NCBI GenBank assembly: GCA_964016885.1
Contig: OZ024747.1
Location: 34,100,001 to 34,164,000 of the forward strand
Direction of reading: 5' to 3'
Source: Eledone cirrhosa
Lineage: Eukaryota
DNA length: 64,000 nt
Under the pieces are notes generated by a model. It worked only from the letters and a program-made list of their open reading frames with translations. It had not been told where the DNA came from and searched no databases. Each line of letters begins with the position of its first letter. The first letter of the stretch is position 1. Shown here piece after piece: positions 26,784 to 38,749 of the stretch. Made by a program: the position numbers and the translations under genes.

Positions 26784-26924
26784 CAGATATATACATATCT
26801 GTGCTTAAATTATAAGGGACCAGATTCGCTAGGGTGAATATTATACTAACTATAAACCATACGATTTGCAGACTCAATTAAGAGAATAAATTAAACAAAA
26901 ATAGAAACCGATTGCGGACTATTT

Positions 26925-26965
<41 letters not shown>

Positions 26966-27293
26966 AGTGGAAGCTTAGTAAAATCAAAGCTTGCCAAACA
27001 AAGTCGACCTACAATAAGGAACGAGTTAGCAAAGCACTCAATAAGGATAGGTCCTTAGTATTATAACAAACGTTTAAATAGTTTGACAAATTGAATATTG
27101 CCGTAGGCAAAACCCAACCACACAATACCAAAGTAACGAAATAACTAACAGGTTATATATATATATATATAAATATAAATATAGTAATAATAATACATTT
27201 GAAGACTAAAATCAAAAGAGGGCTCGATAAGGATAAATATATATCAAATATATAAGAACCGTAGAGCAAATATTTATTAAAATAACAGATTAA

Positions 27294-27344
27294 AGTTTAA
27301 GCAAAGAATCGCTGCTTTCACCCTTAACGGGATCTTCTGAAACT
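27294..27344 (-). ncRNA. Hammerhead-like motif in PLE1 pseudo-LTR (inverted copy)
   Basis: aguuu CAGAAGA u-ccc guuaa ggg-u GAAA gca gcgauucuu ugc UU aaacu; core U4A. Confidence 0.6.
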
Positions 27345-28680
27345 AACAAAGTCAATCTGTCAACGTAGAACTGGATATTTCAAAAAGCGTTGCAACCGGA
27401 GGAAGACAGGAAGACGATACTTTGGGTCATGGAGACGTTCGCTGGCAAAGAACGGGAAAAAACGAATAATACGTCATTAATAGGAGCGGTGAAAAACATT
27501 TACGCGCGAAGACAGTACCACGTTTATGGTATAAAAGAGGTCGTAGACTAATGTTCTCTTAGGTGGTGCATAGAGACGTTCTCTGGCAATGAACGAAAAA
27601 AACGAAGATAATACGTCATATGTGGAGCGTGGAGAACAATAGAACGCAAAGACAAAACCACGTAAATGGTATTGCAGAAGTTGTAGACTAAAATTCTAAC
27701 TAGGAGACCAAATGAATCTCCGCTACAGAGTTAAGAACAAAGTAAATAAATACAATACAGAAGTAATAGAAATAAATAAATACATACACGCAAACAAATA
27801 CGTACATACACAAGCATACGCAAAACCTTACCATAGGTATACACAACCACGCACATATAAATATGTGTGTGTGTATGCGTGTATACAAATAAATAAATAA
27901 TTATATAAACGTATATAAATAAATTAATACGTATATAACAAGCGCACACACATACCCACATATAAATACACGAATGTTCGGAGACGTAAGTCAACTAACA
28001 CAAGAATTACACATATACACACACCCACCATACGTACGAACCAGCATACTCACACAGACGCAAAACTCCCGTATACACGTAGCCAAACCCTACGTACCAG
28101 AATATATAAAATTATACGCCATAACAATCAAATATACGTACGAGAAGGTATACGTACCATCACAAAACATACGGGTAATAATACATACCTATGCAAATAA
28201 GTAAAGGAATAAACAAAACATATACTTAGCTCCCACATCAAGACGTAAAATATCCACGTATAGATCGTACTATCCGTTAGGGTATAACGTGCGGCTGTAA
28301 TACAGGAAAGTTTTGTGCAATTTATGTTTACAAGCCGAAATTGCCTCAGATTTTTTGTTTAAGATGATGTCTGTGGTGTAGAGTATTTCCAGGGCCTCAG
28401 CGGCGCAGAGGTCACATGGTCTTTTATTTCCGTTATACGATCTAGCCCTAGCTAGGATCTCCCAGTGTAACTTATATTGGGTGTGGTTGTCTTTTAGACT
28501 CCAGATATAAGCTGAAAGTGACGTCATATTCCTTCTTAGAGGGTAACGAAAAGAATGGGTATGCATGTAACGACGCTGCTTGAAACTATTGGCGGTTAAC
28601 CCTATGTAGGCCTTACGGGACGTGGGTGTTACAACCTTACATTTGTAGACAATGTTACTAGAGAGGCATGGAACCCAGCA

Positions 28681-30581
28681 TTGCTACCCTTCGAAGATGA
28701 TGTCTTGGAACTCATTCGGAATATCAAATTTCGGAATAGGAGCAATTCCTTGCAGCAAGACCTGAAGAATATTATTCGTTCTATTAAGGATTCTAACGCC
28801 GTGCACGTCCATTCCGACAAAACTGGCAACCTATATCAAGTGGAGCGCATTACTTACCATCAACTACTACATAATGCTGTAACTTAGGATTACCGGAAAT
28901 GAAATCAACGATGCTGGGTTTAAAATCACATCTGATCTCAACATCCTGGACCGGACCGAACCTCTGGACCCTATTTCTCCCCACTCTAGCCTGAAGGATC
29001 ACAAATCCAATTTTCCGAACAACCCCTCTATTCGGCTTAGTAACCCGACGAAGTCCGATTTAGGTAGACTTAGTAAAACGATTCTTGATAGAATTATACC
29101 TGAAATTAGAAGTTTGGCCCCTCTAGCACTGTGGAACAATTCCTTCGCGGTGATTGATTGGTTCAACGGCATATGTAACAAGGAACATTGCCGTTTTATC
29201 CAATTCGACATCAACAATTACTACTCCTCCATCACTTTATCACTTCTCATTAGAGCTATCAATTTCGCTAAAACACTCACAGTGGTTAAGGATTTCGAAG
29301 TTGATGTCATCCTCAATGCCCGAAAGTCGTGATTAATTTCGACGACTCTATTTGGATTAAACAATCCAATAGTACCCCATTCGACATGAGTATGGGCGCC
29401 AGTGACTCTGCGGAGGTTTCTGATCTTATTGGCCTTTTCCTTCTTTTCTCTATCAAGGACGAATTCCCCAAAGCGCGCTGTGGTTTGTACCGTGACGATG
29501 GTCTTTTGACCATGACTAAGTGCGGACCTCGTGCTTGCGACAGGTTCAGAAAAAACTCACAGCCTTCTTTAAAGGCTTCAACCCCTCTATAAAGGTTGAG
29601 GCCAATCTCTCGGTCGTTAATTACCTCGACGTTACCCTCAATTTATTGAATGGGTTGTATTACTCGTATAGAAAGCCGAATGATACGCTTAATTACATAA
29701 GTAAGCATTCCAACCATCCTGCCAGCATAACCAAGAACCTGGTAAGAAAGGTTTCGGTGAGGCTTTCCCGTCTTTCCACCAACGAGCCTATTTTCAACGA
29801 CCATTCCACTTATTACAATGAAGCTCTTGCTCGAAGTGGATTTGTCGATAAGGTAGCATATACAGAGTACGAAAATAGACCTAGAAGATATTGATCCCGT
29901 CGCATTTGTTGGTATAACCCACCATATAATATGGAGGTGGCCACACCATTAGCTAAGATCTTTCTTTCCCTTATTACGAAGCATTTCCCCCCTACACATA
30001 AATATAGTAACATTTTTAATAGAAATACTATTAAAATTTATTACTCTACAACTCCTAACCTTGCACATAACATCACAGCTTCAAATTTAGCTAAACTACC
30101 TACCCGTAGGAACACGTGCAACCCTGTAGTTAGTACTAACTGTAATTGTAGGAATCGGGCTGAATGTCCCCTATCCGGGAAAGGCCTCTCTAGTATCATT
30201 GTCTACAAATGTAAGGTTGTAACACCCACGTCCCGTAGGGCCTACATAGGGTTAACCGCCAATAGTTTCAAGCAGCGTCTTTACATGCATACCCATTCTT
30301 TTCGTTACCCTCTAAGAAGGAATATGACGTCACTTTCAGCATATATCTGGAGTCTAAAAGACAACCACACCCAATATAAGTTACACTGGGAGATCCTAGA
30401 TAGGGCTAGATCGTATAACGGAAATAAAAGACCATGTGGCCTCTGCGCCGCTGAGGCCCTGGAAATACTCTACGCCACAGACCTCATCTTAAACAAAAAA
30501 TCTGAGGCAATTTCGGCTTGTAAACATAAATTGCACAAAACTTTCCTGTATTACAGCCCCACGTTATACCCTAACGGATAA
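28681..30581 (+). pseudogene. PLE reverse transcriptase plus GIY-YIG endonuclease (5'-truncated, frameshifted)
   Basis: SDKTGNLY, FIQFDINNYYSSI, MGASDSAEVSDLIG, GLYRDDGL, VNYLDVTLNL, SNHP, WYNPPY, CNCRNRAECPL, IVYKC..YIGLT..FKQR, CGLC..CKH. Confidence 0.92.
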
Positions 30582-31505
30582 TACGATCTATACATGGATA
30601 TTTTACGTCTTGATGTGGGAGCTAAGTATATGTTTTGTTCATTCCGTTACTTATTTGCATAGGTAAGTATTATTACCCGTATGTTTTCTGAAGGTACGTA
30701 TACCTTCTCGTACGTATATTTGATTGTTATGGCGTATCATTTTATATATTCTGGTACGTAGGGTTTGGCTACGTGTATACGGGAGTTTTGCGTCTGTGTG
30801 AGTATGATGGTTCGTACGTATGGTGGGTGTGTGTATATGTGTAATTCTTGTGTTAGCTGACTTACGTCTCCGAACATTCGTGTATTTATATGTGGGTATG
30901 TGTGTGCACTTGTTATATACGTATTTATTTATTTATATACGTTTATATAATTATTTATTTATTTGTATACACGCATACACACACACATATTTATATGTGC
31001 GTGGTTTTGTATACCTATGGTAAGGTTTTGCGTATGCTTGTGTATGTACGTATTTGATTGCGTGTATGTATTTATTTATTTCTATTACTTCTGTATTGTA
31101 TTTATTTACTTTGTTCTTAACTCTGTAGCGGAGATTCATTTGGTCTCCTAGTTAGATGTTTAGTCTACGACTTCTGCTATACCATTTACGTGGTTTTGTC
31201 TTTGCGTGCTATTGTTCTCCACGCTCCACATATGACGTATTATCTCCGTTTTTTCGTTCATTGCCAGAGAACGTCTCTATGCACCACCTAAGAGAACATT
31301 AGTCTCCGACCTCTTTTATACCATAAACGTGGTTCTATCTTTGCGCGTAATTGTTTTTCACCGCTCCTATTAATGACGTATTCTTCGTTTTTTCCCGTTC
31401 TTTGCCAGCGAACGCTTCCACGACCCAAAGTATCGTCTTCCTGTCTTCCTCCGGTTGCAACGTTTTTTGAAATATCCAGTTCCGTGTTTACAGATTGACT
31501 TTGTT

Positions 31506-31556
31506 AGTTTCAGAAGACCCCGTTAAGGGTGAAAGCAGCGATTCCTTGCTTAAACT
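31506..31556 (+). ncRNA. Hammerhead-like motif in PLE1 pseudo-LTR
   Basis: aguuu CAGAAGA c-ccc guuaa ggg-u GAAA gca gcgauuccu ugc UU aaacu; stems I, II and III all pair; just upstream of aataaa. Confidence 0.6.
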
Positions 31557-31576
31557 TTAATCTGTTATTTTAATAA

Positions 31577-31627
<51 letters not shown>

Positions 31628-31632
<5 letters not shown>

Positions 31633-31726
31633 ATTCCTAAAGAATAAAACAGTTCTAGTCCTGTAGAATCTCATCTATATTAAAACTGTTATACTCTGCA
31701 ATGTATGGAGTACCTTACTTACTGAG
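31628..31726 (+). repeat. Degenerate copy of the hammerhead-bearing short repeat family (as at 25260-25385, 39824-39875 and 51700-51872)
   Basis: tgatgattcc..gaataaaacagttctagtcctgtagaa..tactctgc..gagtaccttactta is shared with those loci; GAAA mutated. Confidence 0.7.
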
Positions 31727-31740
31727 TAAAAAAACCTCAC

Positions 31741-31804
<64 letters not shown>

Positions 31805-31923
31805 GTGAGGTTTTTTACGAAACGAAAAATAACCGAGGTGTCCTACACGAGTGAAAGTATAAAGAAAAAAAGAAGAAATAGAAAATGCGACTGGAGTCTT
31901 ATTAAAAAAAATATATATATATT

Positions 31924-32087
31924 TATTTGGTTCCTTTACCGGTTTCGCAGTTCTTCTGCTTTTCAAAAGTAGAGCTGAGATGGAGGGTCTGTGGTTTTTC
32001 TAACATCTGAGAAAAACCATAGACCCTCGATTTCATCTCTACTTTTGAAAAGCAGAAGAACTGCGAAACCGGTAAAGGAACCAAATA
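31924..32087. repeat. Fold-back inverted repeat (arms about 78 bp) containing GAAACCGGTA
   Basis: tatttggttcctttaccggtttcgcag... / ...ctgcgaaaccggtaaaggaaccaaata, with a short central loop. Confidence 0.9.
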
Positions 32088-32374
32088 TATATATATAATA
32101 AAAAAAAAATAAGATTTCATTTTCGATTTCAACTTTTTATATATATATATATATACGGGATAACAGGTTATCGTTATAGGTAGTCCACTTAGATGTAGTC
32201 CAGTTAGAGTACTCCGTGTTGTGGATGGTATTAACGTATAGCTTAGTTTGACTCAACAAGACCTTTCCATAGTGATGCTGCGAGTTCGCGGTGATTTCTA
32301 TGTAGTTTTATACTTGGAGTAATAACAATTCAAGAAAGAAGAGTGACATGGGTGGGTATAGAATAAGGGCTTTA

Positions 32375-32496
32375 TTCACATTGCTGACAATGGTTTCTTT
32401 GATCTGGTAGGTCTAGAGTTCGCTAATCGTTTGATGTTGCGTCAATCGATCTCCAATACATTGTTTATAACCAGTCGTTTCATCAGAGCGTGCGAA
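32375..32496 (-). ncRNA. Hammerhead ribozyme with greatly extended stem II in the PLE2 3' pseudo-LTR
   Basis: uucgca-c-gcu CUGAUGA [about 80 nt, cuggu/accag helix] GAAA c cauu g UC agc-aa-ugugaa. Confidence 0.55.
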
Positions 32497-33434
32497 AGTG
32501 ATGTAGATACTCCAGAGGAGTGGTATTAAACCAGAACAATAATATCAATAATAAAATAACTATATACTGAATAGTTAGAATAATAACATCAATATAATTA
32601 AGGAATAGAGTATAATGATAAATCTAGAATATTAAACGAGCTGATACAGATGTATGAAATTGACATGTGAAAACTGCTATAGGGTACATTAGATTTAGTA
32701 TTAAGGTGGTGAAGAGATAACTGATAAAATGTACTTGGAGTCAGGATTTAGGAGTAATTATGGGGTATATAAAAGCACGCTGGCAATAAACTAGAGATTG
32801 ATTTATAGTTTGACAGATAAGTATTTTCGTTGTATCAACGTAGTGAGCATGATAGAGTGGGTGTATAGAGATATATGGTTCTTATGTAAGTATTAAGTGA
32901 AATTGTAGATTCGGTATTTAAAGGTTTAGGTGGCCTATTCAAAAAGTTGGGATTGTTAATTCGAATCATATGGGTTTAGTTTTCAGAACATCAATAACAA
33001 ATAGTGTATAAATAAGACAAAATTAACAACAATAATAGAGACAATAAAAGTAATAAAATAATAAAATATGCATGGTGAATAGAGAGAACATGATGAATAA
33101 AATTAGGGATACATTGAGATGATCATAATAATAATGAGAAGAAAAATAAGATGTCAAGGAGTGTAGGAGTAATAAGATAATGTACTTAGAATTAAGTTCA
33201 TCAGTTAGAGATCTTGAGTGCTAATATGAGATACGTAGATATAATTGTTTGGTCCGACAACAGCAAAGATGGGATTGATTTATGGGCTGACAAGATAATT
33301 GTAGACATTACTGCCCCATCATAGGTGTTTGAAGAGGGTTATGGTTCTTAAGTAGGCTGTGTGAGAATGCGGATTTCATATGTTAAATGCTAAGTGATAT
33401 TCCACTAACGTAGGGGATGCTGGTTCGAATCACG

Positions 33435-35766
33435 GTGGTTTAAATCTCGTGAATTTTGCAGCAATCCTATGTCTGCAGAACATTGACCTTTCTATTTTGC
33501 TCTTGAGTAGCATTTTATCGTTTCCTAAGATATGTAGCAGAGCCCGCAATAGGACATACCGCTGCTATAGGCCTTTGCGGCCGCTAATTTCGACCAGCTA
33601 ATATTGTAATCAAGTTTTTTGTCCTTAAGTTGCCAGATTTTATTGGCGAGGGTTGTAGAATTTACCAGTGCACGGTTCTTCATTGAATGTCTGTGTAGAT
33701 ACCACCTATTTTTAGAAACACCCGCGGTAGAAACCAATGTAGTACCATGTGGAGTTTCCCGAGTTTACAGTACACATGTACACTAGTCTAGAATCTAGGC
33801 ACCTATTCGCTAATGGGCACTTATCTGGTAGGTGACAATTGCAGTTTGAATTATTATTCCGTGCAGCTTTCACATTGCGGTTTTGCAAAATGTTGTGCGG
33901 GTTGTGATTCATTCCTATTGAAGTTTTTCTGTGGTGTGTTCCTATGCGTTTGTGGTTGTGATACAGTAATGTCTTTGTGTTTAGTGTTTAGTGCTATGTT
34001 GCGTATAGGTGGGATAGTTTTCTTAGAGATATTTGTTTGGTTGATCTTGCGTATGTGCGATGCAATATTGGCTGCAGTAGATTATGAAAGTTTTATAGTT
34101 TTTTTTATTGAAGATTTTATGATATCTATGCGATGTAGGGAAGTGTTTATCTATTAGTTTAAAAAACGTAGAAGGCAGTTTAGTTCTTATAGAGGAGTTG
34201 AAGAACGTATTAAACCATAGGTATTTTCTTTCTCTAGTTCTTCTATAGTTTCTCGTGTTTCTATTATTGTGTTCAGTCCTCCTACTCTAGGTGCTGCTTG
34301 CCTAGTTCTATGCTTCGCCCTGTTACCTTTATGTTTGTATGGGTATGTTTGTGTTGTCCTTATCTGTTATAAACTGCAGCTTTTCTTTGTGTCCAGCCTT
34401 ACGTAATGCTGCGTTATAATAATTAGCATGTTCATTAAACATTTCTTGGTTTGAGGATAGGCCGGATATTCTAAGGGATTCACTACGTGCTATGGAGTTA
34501 ATTATGGATCGGGGGGTGGTTCGAGTTATAACTAATGTAGGCTAGATTCTCATTGTTTTTGTGGAACGGTTCTATTAATCCTGTGTTTAAGTTTAGAGTT
34601 TGCCTTTTTAGAATTCAGTTCGTAAGTAATATCTAGGCCTAGTTTTTTGAAGAATGTTCTAATGTTTTTTCGTAATCTTTCCATGTTATGGTTATTTAAG
34701 TTCTTAGCTATAACGAGCGTGTCATCTCTATAAATTCTTCCTTGGAGGTTTTTAAATTCTTTATATAGATTGTGTGCTATAAATATCCCCACAACATCGT
34801 TATTTGCGCTGAGTCGTTCGATCCCATTGTGATATCGAAGCTATTCATCCTATTTTTTTCTTTCCCAGTGGCTATTTTCAAATGTTATTATAGTCCTTCT
34901 AGCGGCTAGTATTATTTTAATTTCATCTGAGGTAAGGTCTGAGTTATTTTGGGCAAATATTAACGCTTTATCTAGGTGACTGGGGATATGGATGCGTAGT
35001 AATCATTTATGTCAAATTGTATGAAGTTGTATGTTTCTCTATTTCTTATTCTATTGAACCATTCTATTGCTTCGTTAGTGTTACCCCATAAATTGATTTT
35101 TTAGTTTTCCCTTAATTTGTGCGATTACCCTATCTAGAATGTGCTTGCTAATTTTACCGATATCCGACTTGGATGGGCACATTAATCTAATTGTAGGGTT
35201 TGTTTCAAAATTATTTTTGTGATCCTTAAGGTTAAATGTGTGGTTACATGGGCTAAGAGGTACGGTTCTATCGGATATTTTCAATTTTTTTACTATGCTT
35301 AGTCTTTCCTTATTAATGCTAGTGAGTGTAGATTCATTTTTTTTTTGTATTTTTTGTGAAGTTCACGTCGAATGAAATTATTGTATGTATTAAGGTCCAT
35401 AGTATATACGTTTGATGTTTTGTCTGCTTTTACTATGATTCCGTTGGTGCTTCTTAGCTTTTCGTAATTTCGTAATTTGTTATGATGTGTTCGTTTTTTG
35501 AATTTTGTTCCACTTATCATATTCATAAGGTACAGCTCGAAGGATCGAGTGTGGGGTTATTTGGATGGTTTTTGCAGGATTTGAATCCGTAATTCTCTTT
35601 AGTAAATTCCTACGTGTTATTAGCGGGTCTTTTGTCGTAGTGGTAAGCCTTCCATCAGATTAGGCAGATGAAATCATTAGTCCGTTGTATCATTCCTAGT
35701 GTATAGTCCTTATTCGCATGTATAGGTATGTTTTTCAGTGACATGCCTATGTGGTGCTTTTCCATG
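33435..35766 (-). pseudogene. PLE RT plus GIY-YIG ORF, multiply disrupted
   Basis: MSLKNIPI, *WKAY, YGFKS, KADKTSNVY, LKDHKNNF..PTIRL..PSKSDIGKISKHILD, IQFDI, IYRDD, SNHP, WFN, CNCHLPDKCPLANRCL..VY..YYIG, CGLC, CRH. Confidence 0.9.
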
Positions 35767-36035
35767 TTGTTGCCGTGCGTTAATGCTGTTGCTCAACATG
35801 GCAGGAACTATGTATACGGGATAACAGGTTATCGTTATAGGTAGTTCACTTAGATGTATTCCAGTTAGAGTACTCCGTGTTGTGGATGGTATTAACGTAT
35901 GGCTTAGTTTGACTCAACAAGACGTTTCCATAGTGATGCTGCGTGTTCGCGGTGATTTCTATGTAGTTTTATACTTGGAGTAATAATAATTCAAGAAAGA
36001 AGAGTGACATGGGTGGGTATAGAATAAGGGCTTTA

Positions 36036-36157
36036 TTCACATTGCTGACAATGGTTTCTTTGATCTGGTAGGTCTAGAGTTCGCTAATCGCTTGATGTTG
36101 CGTCAATCGATCTCCAATACTTTGTTTATAACCAGTCGTTTCATCAGAGCGTGCGAA
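36036..36157 (-). ncRNA. Second copy of the extended-stem-II hammerhead in the PLE2 5' pseudo-LTR
   Basis: Same core and stems as 32375-32496; the differences I see are confined to the stem II insert. Confidence 0.55.
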
Positions 36158-37431
36158 AGTGAGGAAGATACTCCAGGCATGGCTTTTATAGAGGAGTGGT
36201 ATTGAACCAGAACAATAATATCAATAATAAAATAACTAGATACTGAATAGTTAGAATAATAACATCAAAATAATTAAGGAATAGAGTATAATGATAAATC
36301 TAGCATATTAAACGAGCTGATATAATACATATGTATAAAATTGACATGTGAAAACTGCTATAGGGTAAATTAGATTTAGTATTAAGGTGGTGAAGAGATA
36401 ACTGATAAAATGTACTTGGAGTCAGGATTTAGGAGTAATTATGAGGTATATACGTGTGCTGTAGGCCTAAAAGCACACAAGCAATAAACCAGAGATTGAT
36501 TCATAGTTTGACAGATAAGTATTTTCGTTGTATCCACTTAGTGAGAATGTTAGAGTGGGTGCATAGAGATATATGGTTCTTATGTAAGTATTAAGTGAAG
36601 TTGTAGATTCGGTATTTAAAGGTTTAGGTGGCCTATTCTAAAAGTTGGGATTGTTAGTTCAAATCATGGTGGTTTAGTTTTCACAACATCAACAACAAAT
36701 AGTGTTAAGGAACGATAAAATGCTACTGTACAACAAAATAGAAAGGTCAATTTTCTGCAGACACAGGATTGCTACACAATTCACGAGATTTAAACCACCG
36801 TGATTCGAACCAGCATCCCCCTATGTTAATGGAATATCACTTAGCATTTAACATATGAAATCCGCATTCTCACACAGCCTACTTAAGAACCATAGCCTTC
36901 TATAAACACCTTCTAGCCTCCCTACATCTATGATGGGGCAGCAATGTCTACAATTATCTTGTCAGCCCATAAATCAATCCCATCTTTGCTGTTGTTTATT
37001 CCTTCGGACCAAACAATTATATCTACGTATCTCATATTAGCACTCTAGGTCTCTAACTGATGAACTTAATTCTAAGTACATTATCTTATTACTCCTACAC
37101 ACCTTGAAATCTTATTTTCTTATTATTATGATCATCTCAATGTATCCCTAATTTTATTCATCATATTCTCTCTATTCACCATGCATATTTTATTATTTTA
37201 TTACTTTTATTGTCTCTATTATTGTTGTTATTATTGTTTTATTTATACACTATTTGTTATTGTGTTGTGAAAACTAAACCACCATGATTCGAACTAACAA
37301 TCCCAACTTTTAGAATAGGCCACTTAAACCTTTAAATACCGAATCTACAACTTCACTTAATACGACATAAGAACCATATATCTCTAACATTCTCACTAAG
37401 TTGATACAATGAAAATACTTATCTATTAAAC

Positions 37432-37928
37432 TATACACACTTATATTTAAGTATCAGCCGTACTAAGAGTGAGAAATGAAATTTCATTTCATTCTTTTCC
37501 ATTTAACGTTTTTGGTACGCCCGACCGACTAACTCACTCGATATGCAAATTAGGCTGATCAGCCGTTAATATGCATAAGGAAAGTATATACCTTCAAACG
37601 TTCAATCATCTGACAGGAAGGTATACGATGCTAACGATAGCTAATAAGCTTGAAACTAGTTCATCGTTCCTTTTTCAGTGTTCAACAAAAGGGCAACGAT
37701 GGTTGCCAAACACTGTACGGCTTAATTCGGGCTGTTTGTTTACAAACAAACAGAACATTATAATAAATATTCGGTAAACCCTTACGTATATATGTGTGCA
37801 TGTATGTATATGTATACATACTACTGTACGTTTGTATACATATATGTATGTACGTATACATACTTATATTTAAGTAACAGTCGTACTAAGAGAGAGAAAT
37901 GAAATTTCATTTCATTCTTTTTCCATTT
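37432..37928 (+). mobile_element. About 423-bp non-coding hammerhead-bearing unit with about 70-bp terminal direct repeat (retrozyme-like), locus 1
   Basis: 37432-37505 recurs at 37855-37928; homologous to 40421-40965; hammerhead at 37625-37667. Confidence 0.75.
37625..37667 (+). ncRNA. Minimal type I hammerhead (G5A, probably inactive copy)
   Basis: acgaug CUAACGA u-agcu aaua agcu-u GAAA c ua g UU caucgu. Confidence 0.7.
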
Positions 37929-38644
37929 ATATATATATATATTCTACTTGGTAATTATCCTTAATGGTCAGGTAGACCAATTGTAATGAATAATCAGGCG
38001 AAAATATGAAGTACATAGTTCGAGTCTAAGCAGTTGCTGTTGGAAAATATTTTTGTCTATGAGAAGAATGTTGGGCCATCCCTCCAGAGTTCCTATATAC
38101 TAAACAAGGAATTGTCAAAAACAATTCTATAGACATATTTGACGAATTAACAATAACATAGACACGTACTCCTTTTGAAATTGTTATTAGCCACGTTTAC
38201 TGAACCGTGACACTCAATTTCTGGCGCAGAAACTATACAACTCTATACGTAATCACGTGATCTTTCCCAACTCATCGTATTGTCCTTAAAACATAGCAAT
38301 CTGAACAATTGTTTTGCATAAAACAAATAACTTTCCCAGAACCTCAGATGCGAAACACAGTCTCACTTCTCTCCATCTCTCCATCTAACTAACTTTTGAA
38401 AATCATTCAATTGGGAAACCGGTAAATTGATTATATAAATAAATCCTTTCAAAGTCTCCAATTGCATTTTCAACTACTTTTTCCTATATGTTTACTTGCG
38501 AGGCATATAAAGTATCTCTATTAACTCAGGATCTTATATATTTTGTATATATTTCAGTTGAAAAGCACGCATACAGCTACAGATATTTTAATTTATATAT
38601 AGTTTCACACACGCACATTCTCTCTCTCTCTCTATCCCTCTCTC

Positions 38645-38749
<105 letters not shown>

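Larger units (their letters stand above)
25881..26915 (-). mobile_element. About 515-bp non-coding unit with terminal direct redundancy and a hammerhead (retrozyme/pLTR-like), interrupted by two SINEs
   Basis: 25881-26043 recurs as 26396-26412 plus 26784-26915; hammerhead at 26056-26130. Confidence 0.65.
27271..31579 (+). mobile_element. Penelope-like element 1 (Naiad-like) with an inverted copy of its 3' end at the 5' side
   Basis: 27271-28667 is the reverse complement of 30184-31579 (about 1.4 kb); RT and GIY-YIG remnants lie between. Confidence 0.92.
32152..37434 (-). mobile_element. Penelope-like element 2 (Naiad-like): full-length ORF remnant, tandem pseudo-LTRs and inverted 5' segment
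   Basis: 32152-33005 recurs directly at 35812-36704; 36705-37434 is the reverse complement of about 32805-33527. Confidence 0.92.

Noticed and set aside
29880-35670. In-frame TGA codons in the Naiad-like ORFs as possible selenocysteine
   Set aside because: The TGAs I could place (PRRY*SRR at about 29892, LI*WKA at about 35655) sit at Arg-type positions consistent with CGA>TGA decay. The conserved Cys positions are not TGA, and the ORFs have other stops and frameshifts.
38295-38432. GAAACCGGTA at about 38415 as another hammerhead
   Set aside because: No convincing upstream CUGANGA with a matching stem I (the nearest is CTGAACA, out of register).
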